From the NCBI GenBank assembly GCA_038205935.1, contig JBBRBK010000060.1:1-11749 (forward strand): a stretch of 11,749 bases of DNA. Reading direction: 5' to 3'. How positions within the stretch are numbered: the first letter of the stretch is position 1; each line of letters begins with the position of its first letter. Source of the DNA: Campylobacterales bacterium (lineage in GTDB: Bacteria > Campylobacterota > Campylobacteria > Campylobacterales > Sulfurimonadaceae). The position numbers and the translations under genes are program-made. Of the stretch, positions 1 through 7,193 are shown in pieces. The notes under the pieces are model-generated. The model worked only from the letters and a program-made list of their open reading frames with translations. It was not told the origin of the DNA and made no database searches.

Positions 1-486
1 ACCATCAGCTTGTCTATGGAGAATTATAGGTTCAAGACCAATTTCATGTATAAATCTTTCTATATCATTTTTTAATTCATTATCATGCCCATGAACAATA
101 AATACTTTATTTGATAGTGTGGGTGATGTACTTTCACTTTCTTCAATATTTAGTTCGCCATAAACATCTTCCATTAATGCATCTTTGGTATCTTTGAGCG
201 CTTGTATTAAAGAATTTTGAACTAGTTTAAATCTTTCTTTTTCATAACCTTGAGTTGTTAGATTTAAAGCCTTAGATACATTTTCTACAGCAGGAGAAGT
301 AGAAGACATAGTTTTAGAAACAACATTTCTAACTCTAGTTTTCCATCCAAGCCATTCTGCTGTATCATCACCAGCAAATTGACCACCATATTCATTATAG
401 TCATGGTCTTTATGACAAAAAATTTGAAAGTCAAATTTATTACCACTTTCTATTAGTTGCTCAATTATATTGATTTTACTATCCAT
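1..486 (-). CDS. TIR-like nucleotide-binding domain protein (CAP12/Pycsar-effector-type TIR family), 5' part only, runs off the left edge
   Basis: Manual translation from ATG 486 is open for 162 codons: MDSKINIIEQLIESGNKFDF...SNKVFIVHGHDNELKNDIERFIHEIGLEPIILHRQADG. KVFIVHGHD...GLEPIILH is the typical start of the TIR-like domain of this family. SD-like AAGGTG lies upstream. Not in the ORF track. Confidence 0.85.
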   Translation of the reverse strand, partial: MDSKINIIEQLIESGNKFDFQIFCHKDHDYNEYGGQFAGDDTAEWLGWKTRVRNVVSKTMSSTSPAVENVSKALNLTTQGYEKERFKLVQNSLIQALKDTKDALMEDVYGELNIEESESTSPTLSNKVFIVHGHDNELKNDIERFIHEIGLEPIILHRQADG

Positions 487-509
487 ACTACACCTTTTTT
501 GCTACATCA

Positions 510-540
510 ATTCTAGCATATATTGTTATGATATATGCTA
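510..540 (-). promoter_or_regulatory. Extended -10 (TGcTAGAAT, 518-510) overlapped by a perfect 10-bp inverted repeat, candidate operator
   Basis: TAGCATATAT (514-523), 7-nt spacer, ATATATGCTA (531-540), just upstream of the TIR gene start. Confidence 0.55.
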
Positions 541-675
541 TTTATATTTATTTTAGGGTAAATATTGAAAGATAAAAAAATTGTAAAATAGATTAATGAG
601 TAAGGGTGTAATAAAAAGAAGGAATAGAGTATAAAATAATTTTTTAAATAAAACACCACTAAAACAGGGCAGGTC

Positions 676-697
676 ATAGGCAGCTAAAGCCGCCTAT
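676..697 (-). terminator. GC-rich hairpin just downstream of serS (terminator or REP-like stem-loop)
   Basis: Minus strand ATAGGCGGC-TTTA-GCTGCCTAT: 9-bp stem with one G-U pair, 5 nt after the serS stop. The T-run (TGTTTT) is about 10 nt away, not adjacent. Confidence 0.5.
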
Positions 698-702
698 TAG
701 CC

Positions 703-1947
703 TTACATGTAAGCCTTTAAGACTTCAGGCATAGAGATACTTCCATCTTCATTTTGGAAGTTTTCCATGATGGCTACCATTGTTCGCCCTACTGCTAGAG
801 ATGAGCCGTTTAGTGTATGTACAAGTGTGTTTGCTTTGCCATCTTTAAAACGGATTTTTGCGCGACGAGCTTGAAAATCTCTTGTGTTTGAAACAGAAGA
901 GATCTCGCGGTACGTTGCTTGTCCTGGTAACCATACTTCTAAATCCACAGTTTTCGCCGCGCCAAAACCGAGATCACCTGTACATAAAGTAACAAGTCTG
1001 TGAGGAAGCTCTAGTGTCGTTAAAAGATCAGATGCACAGCTGAGCATCTCATCAAAGAGTTTATCACTCTCATCTGGTTTTGAAATTACTACGAGTTCGA
1101 CTTTGTGAAACTGGTGTTGGCGGATGATTCCGCGTACATCGCGTCCAGCACTTCCAGCTTCTTTTCTAAAACATGCAGTGTGTGCTGTCATTTTTATAGG
1201 AAGCGCATCTGAGGGAATGATCTCATCTTGGTAAAGATTTGTCAGTGGCACTTCAGATGTCGGGATAAGGTAGAGTTCTTCTCCCTCTATTTTGTATAGA
1301 TCATCTTCAAATTTTGGAAGCTGACCTGTGCCTTCAAGCGCTGTACGGTTGACTATCTGAGGAACGCTCACTTCATTAAATCCGCGTTTTTCATTGAAAT
1401 CAAGCATAAAGTTTATAAGTGCACGTTCGAGTTTTGCCCCCGTTCCATTAATGACACTAAATCTACTTTTTGCTAACTTTACGCCGCGCTCAAAGTCGAT
1501 CCAGCCATTTTGTTCTGCTAGTTCCCAGTGCTCTTTTGGAGTAAAGCTAAATTCACGAGGCGTTAAAACTTTTCTCAGTTCAACATTGCTCTCTTCATCT
1601 TCGCCATCTGGAACATTTTCATCTGGAAGATTTGGCACAGCCATCGCACGAGTTGTAAGTGCCTCTTCAGCTTCTCTTTGCACATCAAGAAGTTCAGTGA
1701 CTTTTATCTTATTGGCATCCACTTTAGATTTTAGTTCTGTAACATCTTTTTTCTCTCGCATGTACGCGCCAAAGAGTTTGCTCATCTCATTTTGAGCCGC
1801 TTGAGCCGCTTCGTAAGCAACTTTTGCTTCTTTAAGCGCTTCATTTTTAGCTTTTAAGTCAGCGAGCAACTCTTCATCAACACCTTTGCGTTTGAGCTGT
1901 GTTGAAACATTTTCAAAATCTTTTTGCAGTAGTTTTAAATCAATCAT
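703..1947 (-). CDS. serS: Serine--tRNA ligase
   Basis: Class II aaRS motifs [54 protein letters not shown] and [12 protein letters not shown], plus an N-terminal coiled-coil arm. Start placed at ATG 1947 (MIDLKLL) with AAGGA SD, not at the track's 1998. Confidence 0.98.
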   Translation of the reverse strand: MIDLKLLQKDFENVSTQLKRKGVDEELLADLKAKNEALKEAKVAYEAAQAAQNEMSKLFGAYMREKKDVTELKSKVDANKIKVTELLDVQREAEEALTTRAMAVPNLPDENVPDGEDEESNVELRKVLTPREFSFTPKEHWELAEQNGWIDFERGVKLAKSRFSVINGTGAKLERALINFMLDFNEKRGFNEVSVPQIVNRTALEGTGQLPKFEDDLYKIEGEELYLIPTSEVPLTNLYQDEIIPSDALPIKMTAHTACFRKEAGSAGRDVRGIIRQHQFHKVELVVISKPDESDKLFDEMLSCASDLLTTLELPHRLVTLCTGDLGFGAAKTVDLEVWLPGQATYREISSVSNTRDFQARRAKIRFKDGKANTLVHTLNGSSLAVGRTMVAIMENFQNEDGSISMPEVLKAYM

Positions 1948-1969
1948 TTTTTTCCTTACATGTAGTGAA

Positions 1970-2881
1970 TTATATGAGTATATCTCTAGCGATTTCAAAT
2001 TGGTTTGCGGTCATCAGATGGATTTTCGGATGAATAGCTTTGATAGAATCAAAAAGCTCTTTACTTAATTCAAATCCAACTTTGTACTCTTCTTCTGGCG
2101 ATATCTCATTTGCACGTCTGAGTTTTTCTATCCAGATATCTGGAACATTTATTCCTGGTACATGCGAAGCCAAAAACTGGGCAGTACGAAGTTTTGTGAT
2201 AGGAAAAACACCTAAGATCAAAGTCGAGTCAGCTTCATCGAGTGAACACTCTTTTTTCGCGTTTTCCATCAGCTCTAAAAGAAGTTTAGTATTTTCTATG
2301 TCATACACCGGCTGAGTGATGATGCCAAGCGCGCCTTTTGCTATCTTCTTTTGCATCTTTTTTTGTAAAGTCTTTGGATTTTTCGCATAGGAGTTTACGA
2401 CTCCAAAAGGGTAGATTTGTTCAGGTTTAACAGTGAAAGGTTTTCCTGCGTAATCTATGGACGAGTTAAAACAAGCGATAATATCGAGCAAGAGTGTGCT
2501 GTCGCTCTCAAAAACACCTTTAGCATGTGGCTGATCTGAGAGTTTTGCAGGATCACCTGTGAGCGCTAATATGGCTCTTATATCCACTTCATTTGCACCA
2601 AGAAGGTCAGATTGCAGAGCGATGATATTGCGATCTCTCATGCTCATCGTAGCGATGACGGGTTTGCCAAATCTGTCTTGAAGCATCTTTGCAGCAAAAA
2701 GTGCATTGTATTTTAGCTTTGCAAGCGGATTGTCCGTTGTGGAAAATCCATCAACGAGTTGATCCAGTCCAAGAGAGTCTAACTTTTCTATGACATTTGA
2801 AAATTTCGGAGAGTGCCCCGGCGTGGTTTCAAGTGTGATATAAGTAGAGTTTTTAAGTTTATTTAAAAGTTGCGTAAACAA
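1970..2881 (-). CDS. metF: 5,10-methylenetetrahydrofolate reductase (MetF family)
   Basis: Motifs [39 protein letters not shown] and VPGI.VP. Likely TTG start at 2881 with AGGA SD 6 nt upstream; the in-frame ATG at 2896 has no SD. Confidence 0.88.
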   Translation of the reverse strand: MFTQLLNKLKNSTYITLETTPGHSPKFSNVIEKLDSLGLDQLVDGFSTTDNPLAKLKYNALFAAKMLQDRFGKPVIATMSMRDRNIIALQSDLLGANEVDIRAILALTGDPAKLSDQPHAKGVFESDSTLLLDIIACFNSSIDYAGKPFTVKPEQIYPFGVVNSYAKNPKTLQKKMQKKIAKGALGIITQPVYDIENTKLLLELMENAKKECSLDEADSTLILGVFPITKLRTAQFLASHVPGINVPDIWIEKLRRANEISPEEEYKVGFELSKELFDSIKAIHPKIHLMTANQFEIARDILI

Positions 2882-2898
2882 ATAGATTCCTAACATTG

Positions 2899-2916
2899 TA
2901 TAATTGCGTAATTATA
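2899..2916. promoter_or_regulatory. Palindromic bidirectional promoter: TATAAT on both strands
   Basis: TATAATT-GCGT-AATTATA gives a plus -10 at 2899-2904 (toward serB) and a minus -10 at 2916-2911 (toward metF-serS), within a 54-nt divergent gap. Confidence 0.65.
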
Positions 2917-2935
2917 ACTAAAGTGAGTAGAATTT

Positions 2936-3556
2936 ATGAAGTTGGCTGTATTTGATTTTGATTCGACATTGATGGATGGAGAAACGATAGATTTTTTTGC
3001 ACAAGAACTCGGTATTGGCGAGAGAGTTTCGCTTATCACAGAACGTGCAATGAACGGAGAACTTGATTTTTTTGAGAGTTTGCAAGAAAGAGTTTCTCTT
3101 TTAAAAGGGCTTTCGTACAAAAAAGTTGAAGAGATCAGTCACTCTTTGCCATATATGAACGGGGCAATCGAAACCATTAAAGAACTAAAAGCGCGTGGAA
3201 TGAGTGTTGTTTGTTTCAGCGGTGGTTTTAGAACAGCGACGACTTACGCAAAAGATATTTTAGGTTATGACGCCGATTTTTCAAATGCGTTGCATCACAA
3301 AGATGGGCTTTTAACGGGGCTTGTCGGTGGAGATATGATGTTTAATTTCTCTAAAGGCGATATGCTCATCCGCCTTCAAAATCTCTTACATGTAAGCGAA
3401 GCTGAGACGATGGTTGTAGGAGATGGTGCAAATGATCTCTCTATGTTTGCTCATGCAGGTACAAGAGTCGCATTTTGCGCAAAAGAGATACTCAAACGTG
3501 AGGCGACGATTATCGTAGAAACAAAAGATTTGACACAAATCTTAGAAAAAATATAA
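2936..3556 (+). CDS. serB: Phosphoserine phosphatase (HAD family)
   Basis: HAD motif I FDFDSTL..GETID, ITERAMNGELDF.ESL.ERV, motif II FSGGF, motif IV VGDGANDLSM. Confidence 0.96.
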   Translation: MKLAVFDFDSTLMDGETIDFFAQELGIGERVSLITERAMNGELDFFESLQERVSLLKGLSYKKVEEISHSLPYMNGAIETIKELKARGMSVVCFSGGFRTATTYAKDILGYDADFSNALHHKDGLLTGLVGGDMMFNFSKGDMLIRLQNLLHVSEAETMVVGDGANDLSMFAHAGTRVAFCAKEILKREATIIVETKDLTQILEKI

Positions 3557-3564
3557 GGAAAACA

Positions 3565-3894
3565 ATGTTAGAAAATTCAGTATGGAAACAGTATCACAAA
3601 GATATTACAATGAGAGAAGTTTTAAGTAAGTTTTATGCGATTGACGCGGCGCTTCTTATGGATGATGAGCAAGAACTTTATGCACTTTTAAAAAGAAAGA
3701 TGACGAAAAAAGAGTTAAGACTTTTTACAATGGATAGTGCAAATGTGAGTGATGGCGAGATGATGAGTTACTTTGAAGTTGACACTCAAACATTGACTGA
3801 TATGAAAGAAAAACTCTACAAAAAAATGCGTCAAGATAAACTACGTTATCCAATCAGAATGAAACAATTCAGTGAGACACAATATATAGACTAG
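3565..3894 (+). CDS. Hypothetical protein, possible degenerate LuxR/sigma-region-4-like helical domain
   Basis: 109-aa ORF 8 nt after serB, with AAGGA SD overlapping the serB stop. C-terminal pattern MTKKELRLF...SDGEMM..F.VD..TL...K.KLYKKM. Confidence 0.7.
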   Translation: MLENSVWKQYHKDITMREVLSKFYAIDAALLMDDEQELYALLKRKMTKKELRLFTMDSANVSDGEMMSYFEVDTQTLTDMKEKLYKKMRQDKLRYPIRMKQFSETQYID

Positions 3895-3909
3895 TGAGAA
3901 GCAGCAGAT

Positions 3910-4833
3910 TTAAAAATCTGCGCTAAAACCTACTCCGATGTTATACCCCTCAAGTCCACTCGATCTTACAGTGCTTGCTTCTACAAAAAATCTTTTTGCA
4001 AATTTAGGAGTCTCTGGCGTATAGAGATATGCTATGATTCCAAATGTTTCGTAATTATCAAACTCTACACTTTTTTGAATATCTCCACCAAGATAATTAC
4101 TGTTAAAATAGCCTTCAAGAGTGATATATTTTTCATCCAAGCTATAAAGTTTTGGTGTTTCAGTTCCTATAGTAAACGTAGTAACATTTGACTGAGTCGA
4201 AAAAGATCTGAGCGAGTTAACATCGATACTACCTTTAGTCTGGTAAAGCTTATACCCCACAGAAATATAGGGTTTAAAATCATAGACTACTGGTTTATAC
4301 TCTCCAAGAGCGAAAAATTTATAAGAAATATTTTCATTATAGTTTTTGTTAAAAAGATTTCCAACGGCACTGTTCACGCTATCTTTATTTGTTTTGATGT
4401 TATTTCCAGAGCGTGAATAAATGATCTCCATACCACCTAAAATAGCAGTATCTTTATTGAACTTATATCGAACACCTCCGCCTAATCCTGCAGTATAGGT
4501 TCTTAGATCACTGTTATAGTCTAAAATAGTTCCATTATATGGAGTTGAGGTGTTTGTTAGATAGGCTCGACTATAGCCTGCATTGCCTACTAGAAAATAG
4601 TTGTAGTTATGTGTTGATTTGAAGTGGTAGGTAAAAGGGATATGATAAACATCTATACTTGCACCAATGTTACTAAATCGGTAAGTTCCTGAAGAGATAG
4701 CATCTTGAGAAGTGAAAATAAGTATTGCATTGATATTTGCAAGATGGGTTTCTTGGACAATCTCCTCAGGCGTTTTTGCAAAAAGATTCCATGCAAAAAC
4801 AAAAGAGCAGAGGAGAAAAAAGCGAAGCATCAA
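3910..4833 (-). CDS. Outer-membrane beta-barrel protein (resembles solitary autotransporter-like barrel proteins)
   Basis: N-terminal signal peptide, Tyr/Gly/Asn/Ser-rich alternating strands, C-terminal YNIGVGFSADF ending in Phe (BAM signal). Start is TTG 4833 or ATG 4830. Family assignment is from memory of similar proteins. Confidence 0.75.
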   Translation of the reverse strand: MMLRFFLLCSFVFAWNLFAKTPEEIVQETHLANINAILIFTSQDAISSGTYRFSNIGASIDVYHIPFTYHFKSTHNYNYFLVGNAGYSRAYLTNTSTPYNGTILDYNSDLRTYTAGLGGGVRYKFNKDTAILGGMEIIYSRSGNNIKTNKDSVNSAVGNLFNKNYNENISYKFFALGEYKPVVYDFKPYISVGYKLYQTKGSIDVNSLRSFSTQSNVTTFTIGTETPKLYSLDEKYITLEGYFNSNYLGGDIQKSVEFDNYETFGIIAYLYTPETPKFAKRFFVEASTVRSSGLEGYNIGVGFSADF

Positions 4834-4835
4834 AA

Positions 4836-5369
4836 TTATTTTTTGAGATATGCTTTAATGATCTCTTGGCGTTCTAGCGGACGGTCTCCGCCATTTTGAC
4901 CTGACGTTGCAACTACATTTAGTTTTTTCAAAGCATCCATAGAGCCGATAACGTGTCCAAAGATAGTATAGCCGCCATTTAAAAATCCAGCGGGAGCGGT
5001 TGTGATGAAAAATTGACTTCCATTTGTGTTTGGACCTGCATTTGCCATTGCTAAAACACCAGCATTATCAAAAGCGTATCCAGGTTTAAACTCATCATTA
5101 AAAGGTTTGTGCCAGATTGATTCACCACCGCGTCCAGTTTCTGTTGGATCGCCGCCTTGAACCATAAAATTACGGATGATTCTATGAAAAGCGATGTGGT
5201 TATAGTAGCCGTCTTTAACATGTTTAGCAAAGTTTTCAACTGCTTTTGGCGCTGCATTTGGATAAAGCTCAAGCTCTATCTTTCCTTGAGTTGTTTCTAG
5301 TACTACAACAGGATTTGCCGCAAAAAGAAACGTAAATCCCATAACTAACATCACTATGATTTTATTCAT
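4836..5369 (-). CDS. Cyclophilin-type peptidyl-prolyl cis-trans isomerase with signal peptide
   Basis: [40 protein letters not shown] and YTIFGHV. Start ATG 5369 ([18 protein letters not shown], Sec-signal-like) with GGAG SD. Confidence 0.95.
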   Translation of the reverse strand: MNKIIVMLVMGFTFLFAANPVVVLETTQGKIELELYPNAAPKAVENFAKHVKDGYYNHIAFHRIIRNFMVQGGDPTETGRGGESIWHKPFNDEFKPGYAFDNAGVLAMANAGPNTNGSQFFITTAPAGFLNGGYTIFGHVIGSMDALKKLNVVATSGQNGGDRPLERQEIIKAYLKK

Positions 5370-5394
5370 ATTTGTATTCTCCATTTTTTTGCGT

Positions 5395-5403
5395 ATTATA
5401 GCA
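5395..5403 (-). promoter_or_regulatory. Extended -10 promoter for the cyclophilin-OMP pair
   Basis: Minus strand TGCTATAAT, 25 nt upstream of ATG 5369. Confidence 0.65.
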
Positions 5404-5436
5404 AAGAAGTTATACAATCAAAAAATTTACTTTCAA

Positions 5437-5832
5437 CTACTCTTTCTCTTCAAACTCTAAACACACCGAGTTGATGCAGTATCTTAGTCCCGTAGGCTCT
5501 GGTCCATCTGCAAAGACATGTCCAAGATGGGCATCACATTTCGAACATCTCACTTCTACGCGTAACATACCAAATGATTTGTCCTTGATCTCCGTAATTG
5601 CCTCTTCTTCTATACTCTCATAAAAACTTGGCCAGCCAGTTCCTGAGTCGAATTTTGTTTCGCTGTCAAAGAGTTTTTCTCCACAGCATACACATGTATA
5701 GATTCCATCATTCTTAAAGTCGTAAAACTCTCCGCTAAAAGGAGCTTCAGTTCCATGTTCTCTACATACGCTATAGGCTTCAGGAGAGAGCTGCGCCTGC
5801 CATTGTTTATCTGTTTTTTTGATCTTATCCAT
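5437..5832 (-). CDS. msrB: Peptide-methionine (R)-S-oxide reductase
   Basis: GTEAPFSG, two Zn-binding CxxC motifs (CVCC, CSKC), [30 protein letters not shown]. Confidence 0.97.
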   Translation of the reverse strand: MDKIKKTDKQWQAQLSPEAYSVCREHGTEAPFSGEFYDFKNDGIYTCVCCGEKLFDSETKFDSGTGWPSFYESIEEEAITEIKDKSFGMLRVEVRCSKCDAHLGHVFADGPEPTGLRYCINSVCLEFEEKE

Positions 5833-6047
5833 GTGCGTGTTCCATTTCTAATTTAATCTTGAGCGTATAGTACAAATGTTTTCTTGTTCGTTCTTGAAAA
5901 TATAAAACTAGGTCTATTTTCTTCTATATTTTTAGGATTTAAAGCAAAGAAAAGTTGAGTATTTTAAAAAAAAAGTAATTTATAAAAGAGAGTGAAAGAT
6001 AAAAAATTAATTAAAAGGAGAACTCATATGTAGAATGAAAAGTAACA

Positions 6048-6068
6048 CGCCTCTCAGGTTGAGAGACG
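6048..6068 (-). terminator. Stem-loop downstream of the HU gene, probable terminator or stabiliser
   Basis: Minus strand CGTCTCTC-AACCT-GAGAGGCG followed by TGTTACTTTT, 9 nt after the HU stop. Confidence 0.55.
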
Positions 6069-6077
6069 TAAGATAAA

Positions 6078-6362
6078 TTATTTACCTTCGCAAACGCGGT
6101 CTTTAAGACCTTTTCCAGCTTTAAATTTAGGAACAACTTTATCTTGAGTTGTATAAGTTTTATCAGTTCCAGGAACTTTACCACTTTTTCCTTTTTGCAG
6201 TGCAGCACCAAAACTACCAAATCCAACTAGAGACACATCTTCTTTAGCAACTAATGCTTCTGTTACAGCTTCAGTAAAAGCTTTGATAGCATTTTCTGCT
6301 TCAACTTTAGTTTTGTAATTACCATTTTTTTGAACTAATTCAACGAATTGTGCTTTATTCAT
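6078..6362 (-). CDS. hup: HU family DNA-binding protein
   Basis: MNKAQFVELV, VSLVGFGSF and VPKFKAGKGLKDRV; AAGGGTG SD upstream. Confidence 0.95.
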   Translation of the reverse strand: MNKAQFVELVQKNGNYKTKVEAENAIKAFTEAVTEALVAKEDVSLVGFGSFGAALQKGKSGKVPGTDKTYTTQDKVVPKFKAGKGLKDRVCEGK

Positions 6363-6465
6363 AAATACACCCTTGATTTATTTGAAGATTGCGATACACT
6401 ATAAATTGCCTCAAAGTAAGTATTAAAGGCACTTGTAAGTGATTCAGCTAGTTGTACTTTATAAT

Positions 6466-6699
6466 TTATTTGCTTAAATTTTTCTTCTTTTTTGCATAAT
6501 TGGTCAAAAATAGTGATAATTTGTCAAATTTAAGAGTATTTTTGAGTGAACGAGTCATTATTTTTACTTTAATATTGCGTTTATCAATAAGTAAAAATGA
6601 TGCTAGATACGCACTTATTGAATATTTTGTTTTATCCGAATGGATTGCATTAAACACCTCTTCTAAGCCGTTTCTTTCTTTTTCAGTCAATGTATTCAT
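6466..6699 (-). CDS. Small basic hypothetical protein, translationally coupled to the upstream HTH gene
   Basis: ATG directly abuts the TAG of the HTH gene (TAGATG), with a GGAG SD inside the HTH 3' end. 77 aa, Lys-rich C-terminus. Confidence 0.65.
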   Translation of the reverse strand: MNTLTEKERNGLEEVFNAIHSDKTKYSISAYLASFLLIDKRNIKVKIMTRSLKNTLKFDKLSLFLTNYAKKKKNLSK

Positions 6700-6942
6700 C
6701 TAATTATCTCCCAGTTTATTTATCTTTCTGACAACCCTGATTATTTCATCATCCTCTAAATATCCAAGCATCTGTATCACTGCTTTTGAAGCTTGCGGCT
6801 TTGTGTTTCCAAGCCGCCAATCTTGATAAGTTCTCATAGGTATGCCAAGTTGTTTTGACATCTCTTTTTGAGAAATTTTTTTACCATTATTGCGCGCTTC
6901 AACAGCATTGTGAAGGATATTAAATATATCGACGATTTCCAT
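6700..6942 (-). CDS. XRE/Cro-type helix-turn-helix transcriptional regulator (80 aa)
   Basis: ISQKEMSKQLGIPMRTYQDWRLGNTKP matches the XRE HTH pattern. Start placed at ATG 6942 because the track's 30-codon extension is low-complexity AT-rich intergenic sequence. Confidence 0.88.
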   Translation of the reverse strand: MEIVDIFNILHNAVEARNNGKKISQKEMSKQLGIPMRTYQDWRLGNTKPQASKAVIQMLGYLEDDEIIRVVRKINKLGDN

Positions 6943-7015
6943 AGCGATATAATACTGTTTAAATCTTAAATAATACGTTAAATAAAATAAAATATTATAT
7001 ATTATGTATATAAAA

Positions 7016-7096
7016 TACTTTTTAATGTACAAAATATTGTATAAAAAGTATATAAATAATAAATTAAGTATGTAATATACGATATAACGTATATTA
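7016..7096. promoter_or_regulatory. Cluster of three TACn-N6-yGTA palindromes, candidate operators
   Basis: TACT-TTTTAA-TGTA (7016-7029), TACA-AAATAT-TGTA (7028-7041) and TAATATACG-ATATAA-CGTATATTA (7073-7096). Confidence 0.5.
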
Positions 7097-7193
7097 TTAT
7101 CAGGAAAATAGCAATTTTTTAGGTGTGTTTATTTCGAGATGAAAAAGTGAAATTTGAAGTTTAAAATGTATTTGAAAATGGAATCGAAAAAAT

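Noticed and set aside
1394..3120. Track ORFs 1394-1795, 1886-2068, 2040-2315 and 2890-3120
   Set aside because: They are antisense shadows of serS, metF and serB with no recognisable motifs.
6430..6441. CACTT-GT-AAGTG palindrome and a GGCAC (sigma-54 -24-like) motif upstream of hup
   Set aside because: The arms are only 5 bp, no TTGC -12 element is present at the correct spacing, and the motif points away from hup.
4705..6703. Track ORFs 4705-4899, 5051-5272, 6011-6226 and 6500-6703
   Set aside because: They are alternative-frame or antisense overlaps of better-supported genes.
7060..7087. Possible sigma-28 promoter (TAAA...CGATAT) antisense to the FapA-like gene
   Set aside because: The spacing and match are imperfect, no plus-strand gene follows, and the palindrome already explains the CGAT.
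7142..7192. A-tracts with roughly 12-bp spacing (TTTAAAATG, TTGAAAATG, TCGAAAAAA)
   Set aside because: Too short and degenerate to be iterons or CRISPR repeats. They are consistent with the ordinary periodic AT signal upstream of Campylobacterota promoters.
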